Both the position numbers and the translations under genes were made by a program. Of a stretch of 64,000 nucleotides of DNA, positions 30,738 to 40,800 are shown piece after piece. Every line of letters starts with the position of its first letter. Position 1 is the first letter of the stretch. A model generated the notes under the pieces. The model saw only the letters and a list, made by a program, of their open reading frames with translations, made no database searches and had not been told where the DNA came from. This DNA is from Chthonomonadales bacterium (GTDB lineage: Bacteria; Armatimonadota; Chthonomonadetes; Chthonomonadales; CAJBBX01): NCBI GenBank assembly GCA_049967475.1, contig JBMFSQ010000002.1, positions 192,001-256,000 of the forward strand, written 5' to 3'.

Positions 30738-33700
30738 TCACGCACTCCGCCCCCGCGTCGCCCACCGCCGAACTTCCACATAGAGAAGGGGCCCCAACAC
30801 CAAAGTGAAAAGGGTGGAAAAGGTGAGGCCTCCAATAACCGCAATGGCGAGGGGCTTCTGCATCTCCGCTCCGGCTCCGAGCCCTAAAGCCAAGGGGACG
30901 AGCCCGAGGATTGCCGTCAGCGTCGTCATCAGGATAGGGCGCAAGCGTACGCGGCCGGCCATCAAGACGGCATCCTCGACGCGGGCCCCCTCGTCCTCAG
31001 CATGCCGAGCCCGGTCAAGAAGGAGGATGCCGTTCTTCACGACGATGCCCACCAGCATGATGGCGCCCATGAAGGACGACACGTTGAGGGGCGTGCCGGT
31101 AATCCAAAGGCCGAAGACCACTCCAAACAAGGAAAGGGGCATCATCAAGAGGGTCACCAAAGGCTGCACGAAGCGGCCAAAGTGGAATACCATCACCGTG
31201 AACACCAAAAGCACGGCGAGCCCAAGCACTTCCAGGAGGTTCCGGAAGGATTCATTCTGGCTCTTGTAATCGCCCCCGATTTCAAAGCTCACGCCGGCCG
31301 GCAGAGGAAAGCCCTGCATCATTTTCCGTACGTCCCTCATGATGCTTCCCAAATCGCGCCCCGAGATGCGTGCGGACACGGTAACAACGCGGCGCTGATC
31401 CTCGCGATTGAGCTCGGTTGCGCCGGCCACCGTCTCGAACGTTCCCAAAGATGCGAGGGGAACCGCGGAACCTCCAGGCGTCCGAACGAGAGCCTGCTCG
31501 ATCTCGCCCTGGCGCCTTCGGAACGCGGCCGGGAAACGAACCCGCACCGGCAGAGTGCGCTCGCCGATCAGCAGCCGAGTAGCGACATCTCCTAGAAGCG
31601 CGGCATGGGCTTGGTCCGCAACGTCCGCCGGGGTTAGGCCCAGGCGGCCTGCGCGCACCGGGTCTATGTGGAACACAAGCTCAGGTCCTGCCTCGATAAC
31701 GCCGGACTTCACGTCTACCACGCCGTGGACCTTTGCAACTTTATCCGCCAAGCTCCGCGCCAGATCGGCGAGCTGCTGCTGGTTCTCGCCAAAGAGTTTG
31801 AGTTCGATGGGGGCCACACTCCCCGACAGATCGCCGATGAGATCCTGCAAAACCTGAATGAAATCCACATCAAGCCCGGGCACTTGGGCGGTGATGCGGC
31901 TTCGCACATCATCCATGATCTGTTCGATGTTGCGCCGGCGGTTCGGCTTAAGCTCCACCGCGATATCGCCTCGGTTCGGCTCGGTAATGGCGAAGCCTAA
32001 CTCCGTCCCGGTGCGCCGAGAGTACGACGCCACCTCAGGAGTGGATCGGAGGATTGCCTCAACCTTGCGCAAGAGGCGGTCGCTTTCAGCCAGCGAAGTA
32101 CCAGGCGGCGTCCAGTAATCCAGGATGAAGGCCCCTTCGTCCATCGTAGGCATGAAGCCGGTGCCGAGCCGCGCCGCCAGCAGAACGATGAGCGCCACGA
32201 TGACCGCTACCGAGGCAGGAAGGATCCATCGGCGCCTCAGTCCCGCCCGCAGCACGCGCTCGTAGGCACGGATCAGCCGCTCGAAGAGGCGGCCGTGCTC
32301 GGGCGCCCCAGGGCGCGTACGCAGGAATGCTGCACAAAGGCTCGGGCTTAAGAGGAGGGCGAGGGCGAGAGACACCATGAGAGCCAGCGCGAGGGTAACG
32401 GCCAGAGCGGTAAAGAAAGCCCCTGCAACTCCGGAAAGGAGCACAAGGGGCAGGAAGACTACGACGGTGGTGAGGGTAGACGAGATCATCGGAGCGGCAA
32501 TCTCGGCAGATGCGGCGGCTACAGCCCTGCTCCGTACTTCGCCTTGAGAGAGGTGCCGGAACACATTCTCCACCACCACGATGGCGTCGTCAATCACAAG
32601 CCCTATGCCCACAGCGAGGGCGCCCAGCGTCATCAGATTGAGCGTGATGCCGGCCATGCGCATCAGCAGGAACGTAATGAAAAGTGTCACGGGTATGATG
32701 GAGGCAGTCACCACCGTGGCCCGCAAATCCCCCAGGAAAGCCAACAGCACAAACACAGCCAGCCCCGCGCCGATGAGCACGGCGTCTCGGACGCTGCCTA
32801 CAGCCTCACGTACTAGATGGCTTTGATCGTACCAAACGCCCACTTCCGTCCCTGCCGGCAATCCGGGCTTGAGAGCGGCAATCTCCTTCCGTACGGCTTC
32901 CGCCACACTCACCGTGTTTGCATTCGGCTGGCGCACGATGTTGATGAGCACGGAGTCCGCGCCATCTGCCGTCACCATGGTGGTCCGGTCCTCCAGCGAA
33001 GAGTGGATGGCAGCGATTTGCCCCAAACTCACTGGGATGCCGTTGCGCTGTGCCACCACAATCGGCGCAAGCTGATCAGGGCTCGTAGCCTCGCCGGACA
33101 CAATCACTTGATATTGCTGGTACCTGTGATCCACGCGTCCGACAGCCCGTACGATGTTGGACTGGCTCAGAGCCTGCACCACGTCCAGGATCGAGAGATG
33201 ATAGGCCGCAAGGCGATCCGGCCTCACGTCCACGGCGATTTCGGGGATGCGTCCGCCCTGCACTACCGCGCGGGCGACACCTGGAACGCGCGCCAATCGG
33301 GGCTTCAGCTTATAGAAGGCCAATGTCCACAGCTCATCGGGCGTAAGGCCCGGGCACTTCACCGAGAGGCCCAGGATCGGAAACACGGTGGGGTTCATCC
33401 GTTCCACGCTTATGGAAGCATCCTGCGGGAGTTGAGGGCGTACCTCATTGATGCGGGTGCTCACGAGCTGCTGCGCCGAGAGCATGTCTGTGCCCCACTC
33501 GAAGTCTACGGAAATCTCGGTGCTGCCTCGCTGGGTCTTGGACCGCACTCTCGTGACCCCCGGTACCATGGCGATAGCCTCTTCCAGCGGGCGTACAATG
33601 GAAGCCTCCATCATCCGCACGGGCGTTTCACCGGCCTCGGCGATCACCACCACACGCGGGAACGTAACATCCGGAAGGATGGACACGGGGAAGGACCCCA

Positions 33701-33785
33701 GCACAAAGGCGCCTAGGACGCAGAGTACCGCTGTGGAGAAGATGATGGCGGTGATATGGCGCGTGGCGAAGCGTGCAAGGCTCAT
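30738..33785 (-). CDS. RND efflux permease (AcrB/CzcA family)
   Basis: GLVIDDAIVVVEN, GIVVKNGILL, RLRPILMTTL. Confidence 0.95.
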   Translation of the reverse strand: MSLARFATRHITAIIFSTAVLCVLGAFVLGSFPVSILPDVTFPRVVVIAEAGETPVRMMEASIVRPLEEAIAMVPGVTRVRSKTQRGSTEISVDFEWGTDMLSAQQLVSTRINEVRPQLPQDASISVERMNPTVFPILGLSVKCPGLTPDELWTLAFYKLKPRLARVPGVARAVVQGGRIPEIAVDVRPDRLAAYHLSILDVVQALSQSNIVRAVGRVDHRYQQYQVIVSGEATSPDQLAPIVVAQRNGIPVSLGQIAAIHSSLEDRTTMVTADGADSVLINIVRQPNANTVSVAEAVRKEIAALKPGLPAGTEVGVWYDQSHLVREAVGSVRDAVLIGAGLAVFVLLAFLGDLRATVVTASIIPVTLFITFLLMRMAGITLNLMTLGALAVGIGLVIDDAIVVVENVFRHLSQGEVRSRAVAAASAEIAAPMISSTLTTVVVFLPLVLLSGVAGAFFTALAVTLALALMVSLALALLLSPSLCAAFLRTRPGAPEHGRLFERLIRAYERVLRAGLRRRWILPASVAVIVALIVLLAARLGTGFMPTMDEGAFILDYWTPPGTSLAESDRLLRKVEAILRSTPEVASYSRRTGTELGFAITEPNRGDIAVELKPNRRRNIEQIMDDVRSRITAQVPGLDVDFIQVLQDLIGDLSGSVAPIELKLFGENQQQLADLARSLADKVAKVHGVVDVKSGVIEAGPELVFHIDPVRAGRLGLTPADVADQAHAALLGDVATRLLIGERTLPVRVRFPAAFRRRQGEIEQALVRTPGGSAVPLASLGTFETVAGATELNREDQRRVVTVSARISGRDLGSIMRDVRKMMQGFPLPAGVSFEIGGDYKSQNESFRNLLEVLGLAVLLVFTVMVFHFGRFVQPLVTLLMMPLSLFGVVFGLWITGTPLNVSSFMGAIMLVGIVVKNGILLLDRARHAEDEGARVEDAVLMAGRVRLRPILMTTLTAILGLVPLALGLGAGAEMQKPLAIAVIGGLTFSTLFTLVLGPLLYVEVRRWATRGRSA

Positions 33786-33831
33786 TTGGCCGGAATGCCC
33801 GCGAGGTTTTTTACAGCGCCCGGAATGCTTC

Positions 33832-35421
33832 TCATTGCGCCGGCCCCGTTCCTTTGGAAGACACCACCTTGGCGCCATCCGCGAGTTCATACTGGCCCAC
33901 GGTGATCACTTTGTCGCCGGGCGTCACTCCGGACACCTCGATCCAGTCTCCGTTGCGCGCACCTACGGACACGGGTCTTACGTGGGCCGTTCCATCGGGC
34001 GCCACCACAAAGACGACATCTCTTCCACCGCGCTGGATTACCGCCCGTGCAGGAACGACCAAGGCTGCGCGGTGCACTTCCGTAACGACGTCGGCGGTAG
34101 CGAATGCCCCGGCACGCCAATTGCCGTCTGGATGCTCCAGGGTGATGCGTACCGCAAGCAGGTTCGTCTGCGGATCAACCTGGCCTACGGAGATCACGCG
34201 GCCCACAGCGGTCTTCGGCGTGTCGCCCGGCGCGTGGACGCGGGCGAGCATGCCCACTCGAAGCTTCGAGGCAGCATCCGGTGATGCGGAACAGACTAGG
34301 TCCAGGGAGCGCCGGGCCATCACTTCCAGCACTGGCGTGTTGGGATCGGCCATGTCGCCAGGGTTCAGGAAGCGGCGCGTGACAATTCCCGACACCGGTG
34401 ATGTGAGGCGAGCGTACCCTGCCGATGCCCCTGCTGCAGCCAGATCCGCCTGTTTCTGCATCACCAACGCCTGGAACGCTCGGGCATCGGCCTCCTTCAC
34501 AGCCACTTGGGCAGCACCTTGTTGGGCCTGTTGAAGGGCTGCCTCGGCCTGAGCCACGTGGGCGTCGCCGGCAGCCCGCGCTTGCGCCAAGGCTTCTCGA
34601 GCAGATTGGACCCTCAGCTCAGCAGCCTGGATGTCTTCAGGGCGGTTGCCGGCCTTGAGCAGAGCCTCCTGCTGGCGGGCACTCTCCAGGGCAGCTTGCG
34701 CCACACGCAATGCGGTATCCGCATCCTCCATTTGCCGCCGCGAGTCGATGCCTTTGGCATACAAGTTTTTCGTGCGCCTCGCTTCCTGGGCTGCGCGGTC
34801 GCGGTTCGCCTCCGCCTGAAGCACGGCCTGTTCTGCCTGGGCAATCTCTTGCGGTCGCGCTCCGGACTTGAGTTTGCGCAGATCGGCTTCGGCGGCATCC
34901 AGAGCGATGCGGGCCTGCTGTATGCCGGCGTCGCGGTCCAACTTGGCGGCTTTCAGGGCGATCTTGGCGGCCTCTACGGCGGTAGCGTGGTCGGCCGCGG
35001 CTGCCCTGGCGGCCAAAGATGCCTCCTGAGCCTGGCGCTCCGCAGCAGCAAGCGCAGCAGAAGCACTCCGTGATTGCGCGGCAAGGGTCCGGCTCTCCAG
35101 TTCGGCCAATACCTGCCCGGCGGCCACCCGATCCCCTTCCCGGACGAATACGGCCTTGACGCGCCCGGCAAATGGAGGAGCAACCCGCGCACTGGCTCCT
35201 TGGGACGGAACGAGCGTTCCCGGGCAAGGCACCAGGACTTCAATGGTGCGCCGTTGCACCGTGGACGTGTCCACTACCACAGGTGCTCCGCTGTTCGCTC
35301 CAGCCGAACTCTCTGGGGCCGCAGCTCCGCGGCCGCATCCCCAGAGCAGGGCCCCGGTCAAACCCCCGCACGCCAACAGGATAATCCCTCTCATCGTTCC
35401 TGCCGAAAGCTCACGCATCAA
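33832..35421 (-). CDS. RND membrane-fusion (periplasmic adaptor) lipoprotein with long coiled coil
   Basis: LLWGC lipobox-like; VREGDRVAAGQVL; SPVSGIV; beta-barrel C-terminus. Confidence 0.9.
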   Translation of the reverse strand: MMRELSAGTMRGIILLACGGLTGALLWGCGRGAAAPESSAGANSGAPVVVDTSTVQRRTIEVLVPCPGTLVPSQGASARVAPPFAGRVKAVFVREGDRVAAGQVLAELESRTLAAQSRSASAALAAAERQAQEASLAARAAAADHATAVEAAKIALKAAKLDRDAGIQQARIALDAAEADLRKLKSGARPQEIAQAEQAVLQAEANRDRAAQEARRTKNLYAKGIDSRRQMEDADTALRVAQAALESARQQEALLKAGNRPEDIQAAELRVQSAREALAQARAAGDAHVAQAEAALQQAQQGAAQVAVKEADARAFQALVMQKQADLAAAGASAGYARLTSPVSGIVTRRFLNPGDMADPNTPVLEVMARRSLDLVCSASPDAASKLRVGMLARVHAPGDTPKTAVGRVISVGQVDPQTNLLAVRITLEHPDGNWRAGAFATADVVTEVHRAALVVPARAVIQRGGRDVVFVVAPDGTAHVRPVSVGARNGDWIEVSGVTPGDKVITVGQYELADGAKVVSSKGTGPAQ

Positions 35422-35544
35422 CCCTTACCTTTCCACAGGGTTAGTGTATCGCGGCTCGTCGTCCAACTGCCTTTCCGTATGCTTAGAGCTTCATTAGAGG
35501 CTCTGGAAACAGGCATGCAAGATGTCCCGCGCGTGTGCGCCCGG

Positions 35545-35560
35545 TGTGATCACAATCACA
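35545..35560. promoter_or_regulatory. CRP box 1 (distal)
   Basis: TGTGA-TCACAA-TCACA, perfect match to CRP core consensus. Confidence 0.8.
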
Positions 35561-35566
35561 GTTGCA

Positions 35567-35582
35567 TGTGACGCCCGTCACA
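35567..35582. promoter_or_regulatory. CRP box 2 (proximal, class II-like position)
   Basis: TGTGA-CGCCCG-TCACA, 22 nt upstream of TATACT (35605-35610). Confidence 0.8.
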
Positions 35583-35678
35583 GATGGACCCCGCCCCCCG
35601 CAGTTATACTCGTGCCGTCATTGATCCAATCGGCCAGTACCCATGAGCCAAACGGTTTCAGACAAAAAGGAGACGCAA

Positions 35679-37625
35679 ATGAAAACTCGAACCGCGCAGT
35701 CCAGCAAGTGCTCCCCATCCATCGCTACCCCTTGCTCCGGCGAGGGCTACCGGGCGGCCGAACTGGCAGCAGCAGGCCATTGCCCGGCTTCCTTCACTTC
35801 CCGCATGGGCGCTGTTCTCCGAAGCGCCATCACGTGGAGATTGGCTCCCGCGGCGCTCATTGCGGCTTCCCTGTTCCTGGGCGGGTCCCACATCGCCCGG
35901 GCCGACGCGTTGACCCAAAAATCCGATCGAGTCGTCGCCGCCAAGGCAGCAGCCCACGGCCGTGTAGCCGTCATCGTTACCGTGGACGGCAACCTTACAG
36001 CCACCCGCGAGCATCAGCTTCAGGCGCTGGGTTGTGACGTGTACCGCCACCTCCCGCTGGTACATGCAGCCGCTGTACAGGTACCTGCAAAGAACCTCCG
36101 CGACCTCGCGTCACTGCCCTTTGTGCGGCATCTGGCATCCGATGCTACCCTCAAAAAGTGCGACGAGTTTACCGTGGAGCACACCGGAGCCGATATCGCC
36201 TTCCGAGAGATGGGCCTCACGGGCAAAGGCGTAACAGTCGCGGTGCTGGATAGCGGCATCCATGCTTCCAACGACGACTTGGCCGACGCTGCTACCGGAC
36301 GTTCCCGCGTGATTGCCAAAACAAGCTTCATCACGGGTGAGAACGCCAACGACAAGTGTGGTCACGGCACGCACGTCGCCGGCATCATCGCGGGCAACGG
36401 CGCCAACTCGACGGGACCTCAGTTCTTCCGCACCTTTTACGGTATCGCCCGCGAGGCCAATCTCGTAAACGTACGGGTATTGGACGAGAAGGGCCAGAGC
36501 CAGGTCAGCACCGTAATTGCCGGCCTCCAGTGGATCCTTGCCAATAAGGACCGATACAACATCCGCGTTCTCAACTTCTCCCTGGGCCACCTGCCCCTGG
36601 AGAGCTACACCGTGGATCCCCTTTGCCAGGCCATGGAAGCTGCATGGAAAGCAGGCATCGTAGTGGTGTGCGCTGCCGGCAACGCGGGCCGCTACAACGA
36701 CACCGCCAAGCCCGGCCTCTCCAACGAAGGATACGGAACCGCCTACTTCTCCATCCTTTCCCCCGGCAACGACCCCTACGTCATTACCGTAGGCGCTATG
36801 AAGACCGTGGATGGCGTTCGCAGCCACGACACCATCGCCACCTACTCCAGCCGCGGCCCATCCTTCGGCGACTTCATCCTCAAGCCCGACCTGGTGGCTC
36901 CCGGCAATCGTGTGATCTCGCTTGCCGTGCACAATGCGTACCTCGAAAAGACATACGCCGCCACAAACTCGGTACCGCTGAGCGCCTATGCCTACACCAA
37001 ATCCGCCAAGGATAGCAAGGCCTACTTCACCCTCTCGGGAACCTCTATGGCCACACCCGTGGTGTCGGGCGCTGTGGCGCTCATGCTTCAGAAGGATCCC
37101 ACCCTCACGCCGGACACGGTGAAGGCGCGCCTGATGATCTCCGCGGACAAGTGGGCCTTCCCCAACGGGCAGCCCGATCCCGCAACCTTCGGAGCCGGCT
37201 ACCTGAATATCCCAGCCGCCCTCGCCTCCACCGTGGTCGCCACCCAGCCTGCCCGCAGCCCTAAGGTTACGGCCGACGCTCAGGGCAATGTGACCATCGT
37301 GATGGACAACGCCATTTGGGGCGAGAACGCCATCTGGGGTACCGGCATTACCAAACTCAATGCCATCTGGGGTGAAAACGCCATCTGGGGTGAAAACGCC
37401 ATCTGGGGCGTGAATGCCATCTGGGGCGAGAACGCTATCTGGGGCGAGAACGCTATCTGGGGCGAGAACGCTATCTGGGGCGAGAATGCCATCTGGGGTG
37501 AGAACGCTATCTGGGGTGAGAATGCCATCTGGGGCGAGAATGCTATCTGGGGTGAGAACGCTATCTGGGGTGAGAACGCCGTTGTGGCCGACATCTGCCA
37601 GACCGCCATCGCCGGAGAAAAGTAG
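35679..37625 (+). CDS. Secreted S8 subtilase with C-terminal NAIWGE repeats
   Basis: AAGGAG RBS; triad VLDSG, HGTHVAG, GTSMATP; oxyanion AAGN; signal ending IARA; prodomain. Confidence 0.93.
   Translation: MKTRTAQSSKCSPSIATPCSGEGYRAAELAAAGHCPASFTSRMGAVLRSAITWRLAPAALIAASLFLGGSHIARADALTQKSDRVVAAKAAAHGRVAVIVTVDGNLTATREHQLQALGCDVYRHLPLVHAAAVQVPAKNLRDLASLPFVRHLASDATLKKCDEFTVEHTGADIAFREMGLTGKGVTVAVLDSGIHASNDDLADAATGRSRVIAKTSFITGENANDKCGHGTHVAGIIAGNGANSTGPQFFRTFYGIAREANLVNVRVLDEKGQSQVSTVIAGLQWILANKDRYNIRVLNFSLGHLPLESYTVDPLCQAMEAAWKAGIVVVCAAGNAGRYNDTAKPGLSNEGYGTAYFSILSPGNDPYVITVGAMKTVDGVRSHDTIATYSSRGPSFGDFILKPDLVAPGNRVISLAVHNAYLEKTYAATNSVPLSAYAYTKSAKDSKAYFTLSGTSMATPVVSGAVALMLQKDPTLTPDTVKARLMISADKWAFPNGQPDPATFGAGYLNIPAALASTVVATQPARSPKVTADAQGNVTIVMDNAIWGENAIWGTGITKLNAIWGENAIWGENAIWGVNAIWGENAIWGENAIWGENAIWGENAIWGENAIWGENAIWGENAIWGENAIWGENAVVADICQTAIAGEK
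37308..37580 (+). repeat. Coding 18-bp tandem repeat: 12 contiguous units (37359-37574) plus 2 upstream units
   Basis: Consensus AAY GCY ATC TGG GGY GAR, encoding NAIWGE. Confidence 0.97.
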
Positions 37626-37642
37626 CATCAGCCCAGGAACCG

Positions 37643-37683
37643 ACCCCCACTGCTCTGACTGGGGCAGTGGGGGTTTTCTTTTG
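37643..37683 (+). terminator. Rho-independent terminator after subtilase
   Basis: ACCCCCACTGC/GCAGTGGGGGT stem followed by TTTCTTTT. Confidence 0.85.
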
Positions 37684-37695
37684 CGCGTGCGGATC

Positions 37696-37724
37696 TTGAC
37701 GCAGCCCGGCCCACAGGCTACAAT
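37696..37724 (+). promoter_or_regulatory. Sigma70 promoter of dnaE
   Basis: TTGACG-17-TACAAT. Confidence 0.7.
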
Positions 37725-37825
37725 GAGACGATCGTGCCGCCACAAGATATTGCGCCTTTGGCTATCTTCGCCCCTACATCTTGGCCAGAGGTATCGCAGC
37801 ACGACTTCAGGAAGAATCGCGTGCC

Positions 37826-40800
37826 ATGGCAGGACCCGCCTTCGTCCACTTGCATACACACTCCGAATTCTCACTGCTGGACGGCGCCGCTCGTCTGGAC
37901 GCGCTGGTGCAGCGCGCAGCCGATCTGGGGATGGACGCACTGGCCCTTACCGACCATGGGGCAATGTACGGCGCCCTCGATTTCTACGAGAAATGCCGCA
38001 AGAAGGGCATCAAGCCGATCATCGGCGTAGAGGCATACATAACCCCCGGGGATCTGCGCGAAAAGAAGGGCCGTACCGACAAAAACGCCTTCCACCTGTT
38101 GCTTTTGGCCGAAAACCTGGCCGGATACAAGAACCTCCTCAAGCTCACCACGATCGCAGCGCTGGAGGGCTTCTACTACAAGCCCCGCATAGATCATCGC
38201 GTGCTGGAAGAGCACAAAGAGGGCATCATCGTTACGAGTGCCTGCCTCAGCGGCGAGGTCTGTTCTGCTCTGCTGGGCGGCGATTACCAAAAGGCCCTCG
38301 CCATCGCCGGATCCTATCGCGACCTGCTGGGGCCCGACCATTATTACATCGAACTGCAGAACCATGGCCTGGATCGCCAGAAGCATTGCAATGACCAACT
38401 CCTCAAGATTGCCCGTGACCTGCGCCTGCGCGTCGTCTGCACCAACGATGTCCATTACCTGGAGAAGACCGACTCACAGGCCCATGACGTGCTCCTGTGC
38501 ATTGGGACGGGGGCTACGGTAGACGACCAGAACCGCCTCCGCTACGATGCCGACGAGTTCTTCATGAAATCCCCTCAGGAGATGGCCGCCCTCTTTCCCG
38601 ACTGCCCGGAAGCCCTGGAGCAGACCGCAGAGATCGCAGCCCGGTGCAATGTGGAACTGGAATTCGGGCGTGCACCCATGCCTGCCCCCGGAATACCCCA
38701 CGGACACACCGCCCAGAGCTACCTTCGGGAGCAGGCATTGCTGGGTCTGGAACGCAAGATCGGGAACCATCCGCACAAAGAACGATACAAGCAACGCCTG
38801 GATTACGAACTGGGCATCATCGAACAGACGGGTTTCGCCCCCTACTTCCTGATCGTGCGTGACTTCGCCGTATTTGCCCGTGAACAGGGTATCTTCTTTG
38901 GGGTCCGGGGTTCCGCCGCCGGCTCCCTCGCTTCATATTGCCTGGATATCACCGATATTGATCCTGTGGATTACGACCTCACCTTCGAGAGGTTCCTCAA
39001 CCCGGAACGCATCCAAATGCCGGACATTGACATGGACTTCGAGGACACGCGGAGGGATGAGGTCCTCCAGTATGTCACAAGAAAGTATGGTGAGGACCAC
39101 GTTGCCCAGATCATCACCTTCGGTACGTTGGCGGCCCGGGCGGCGATACGGGACGTAGGTCGCGCTCTCGGAATGGGTCTTCCGCAAGTGAACCGCATCG
39201 TGAGCCAGATCCCAACCCAACCCCTCCACGTCACAATCGGCGAGGCTTTGGAACGGAACCCCGAGTTGCGCCAGCTTTATGACCGCGATGCACAAGTACG
39301 CCGCCTGCTTGACACCGCAAGGCGCCTGGAGGGCATCTCGAGGCATTCGTCGGTGCATGCGGCCGGCGTAGTCATCTGCAATGAGCCTTTGGTGGAGTAC
39401 ACGCCCCTGCAGCGCACTGCGGATGGAGGGCTCGTTACGCAGTATCCTGCGGGCGCCTTGGAGCGCATCGGGCTGCTCAAGATGGATTTCCTCGGCCTCA
39501 TCAATCTCTCCATCTTGGCCCGGGCCCTCAAGAACATCGAACAGTCGCGCAACCTGCGCGTCCAGATCGAGCGCCTTCCGCTGGATGACGCTAAGACCTT
39601 CGAGATGCTGGGAGCCGGTGAAACCACGGGCATCTTTCAACTGGAGAGCATGGGCATGCGGCGGTGGATCACCGAGTTGAAGCCCACCAGTGTGCGCGAT
39701 CTGGCCGCCCTCGTGGCGCTGTACCGCCCCGGACCCATGGCGCACATTCCCACCTTCGTCCGCGCCAAGCACGGTCTGGAACGCATCCAGTATCCCCACG
39801 AACGCCTCAAGCCCATCCTTGAAGAGACCTACGGCGTCATCGTCTATCAAGACCAGGTGCTGCGCATCGCCCAAGCCATCGCCGGCTTCACGCTGGGCCA
39901 GGCCGACGTTCTGCGCAAGGCGATGGGAAAGAAGATCAAGGAAGAGATGGCCCGCCAGCGACAGCGCTTCATCGCAGGAGCTCAGGAGAACGGCATCAGT
40001 AGGCAAAAAGCATCCGAAATCTTCGACCTCATCGAACCCTTTGCCGGGTACGCATTCAACAAAGCCCACTCCGTATGCTACGCCATGCTGGCCTACCAAA
40101 CGGCCTATCTCAAGGCCAATTACCCTGTAGAGTACATGGCCGCCCTCCTCTCATGCTACATGAACAAAGCCGACAAGCTCGCGTCGTGCATGGCGGAGTG
40201 CAGCCGTATGCGCATCCCCATCCTCCCTCCCGACGTCAACCGATCCCGGGATGACTTCACTCCCCAAGGAGACGCCATCCTCTTTGGCCTCGAAGCTGTG
40301 AAGAATGTGGGGCGGGCGGCTGTCGAGGCCATTCTGGCTGCCCGAAGCGCTGGCGGGCCCTTCCGGTCCTTGCAGGATTTCTGCCGGCGCACGCTCCAGC
40401 ATGGCGCCGTTACGCGATCTACTATAGAGGCGCTGATCAAGTGCGGCGCCTTCCATTCCATTCACCCCAACCGCCGCGCCTTACTGGAACAGCTCGACGC
40501 AGCCCTACAAGCCGCTTCCTCGGCGGTTCGGGCTGAGCAGGAAGGTCAAGCTCAGCTTTTCGGCGCCGACCACGATGCGCACACATCCGACGCGACGGCA
40601 CCGCCCGTCGTACCCGAATTCCCCGAGCATGAGCTGCTTGCCCTCGAGAAGGACCTCCTAGGCACGTACCTTTCCGGGCACCCCCTCCGCCGCTGGCGCA
40701 CCCGCATCGAAGAAAAGGCGAATGCCTCGGTCGCGTCGCTTGCCGAACGCAAGGAACGCGACAAGGTGCTGGTGGGAGGCATCATAACCCGCGTGAAGGC

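Noticed and set aside
37359..37574. Tandem repeat as a CRISPR array
   Set aside because: No spacers; 18-bp in-frame units with synonymous variation; no cas genes in the window.
36111..37940. 609-aa minus-strand ORF with PDGVLT-like repeats, and other frame readings of the repeat
   Set aside because: Antisense or alternate-frame shadows of the subtilase; variation is synonymous only in the NAIWGE frame.
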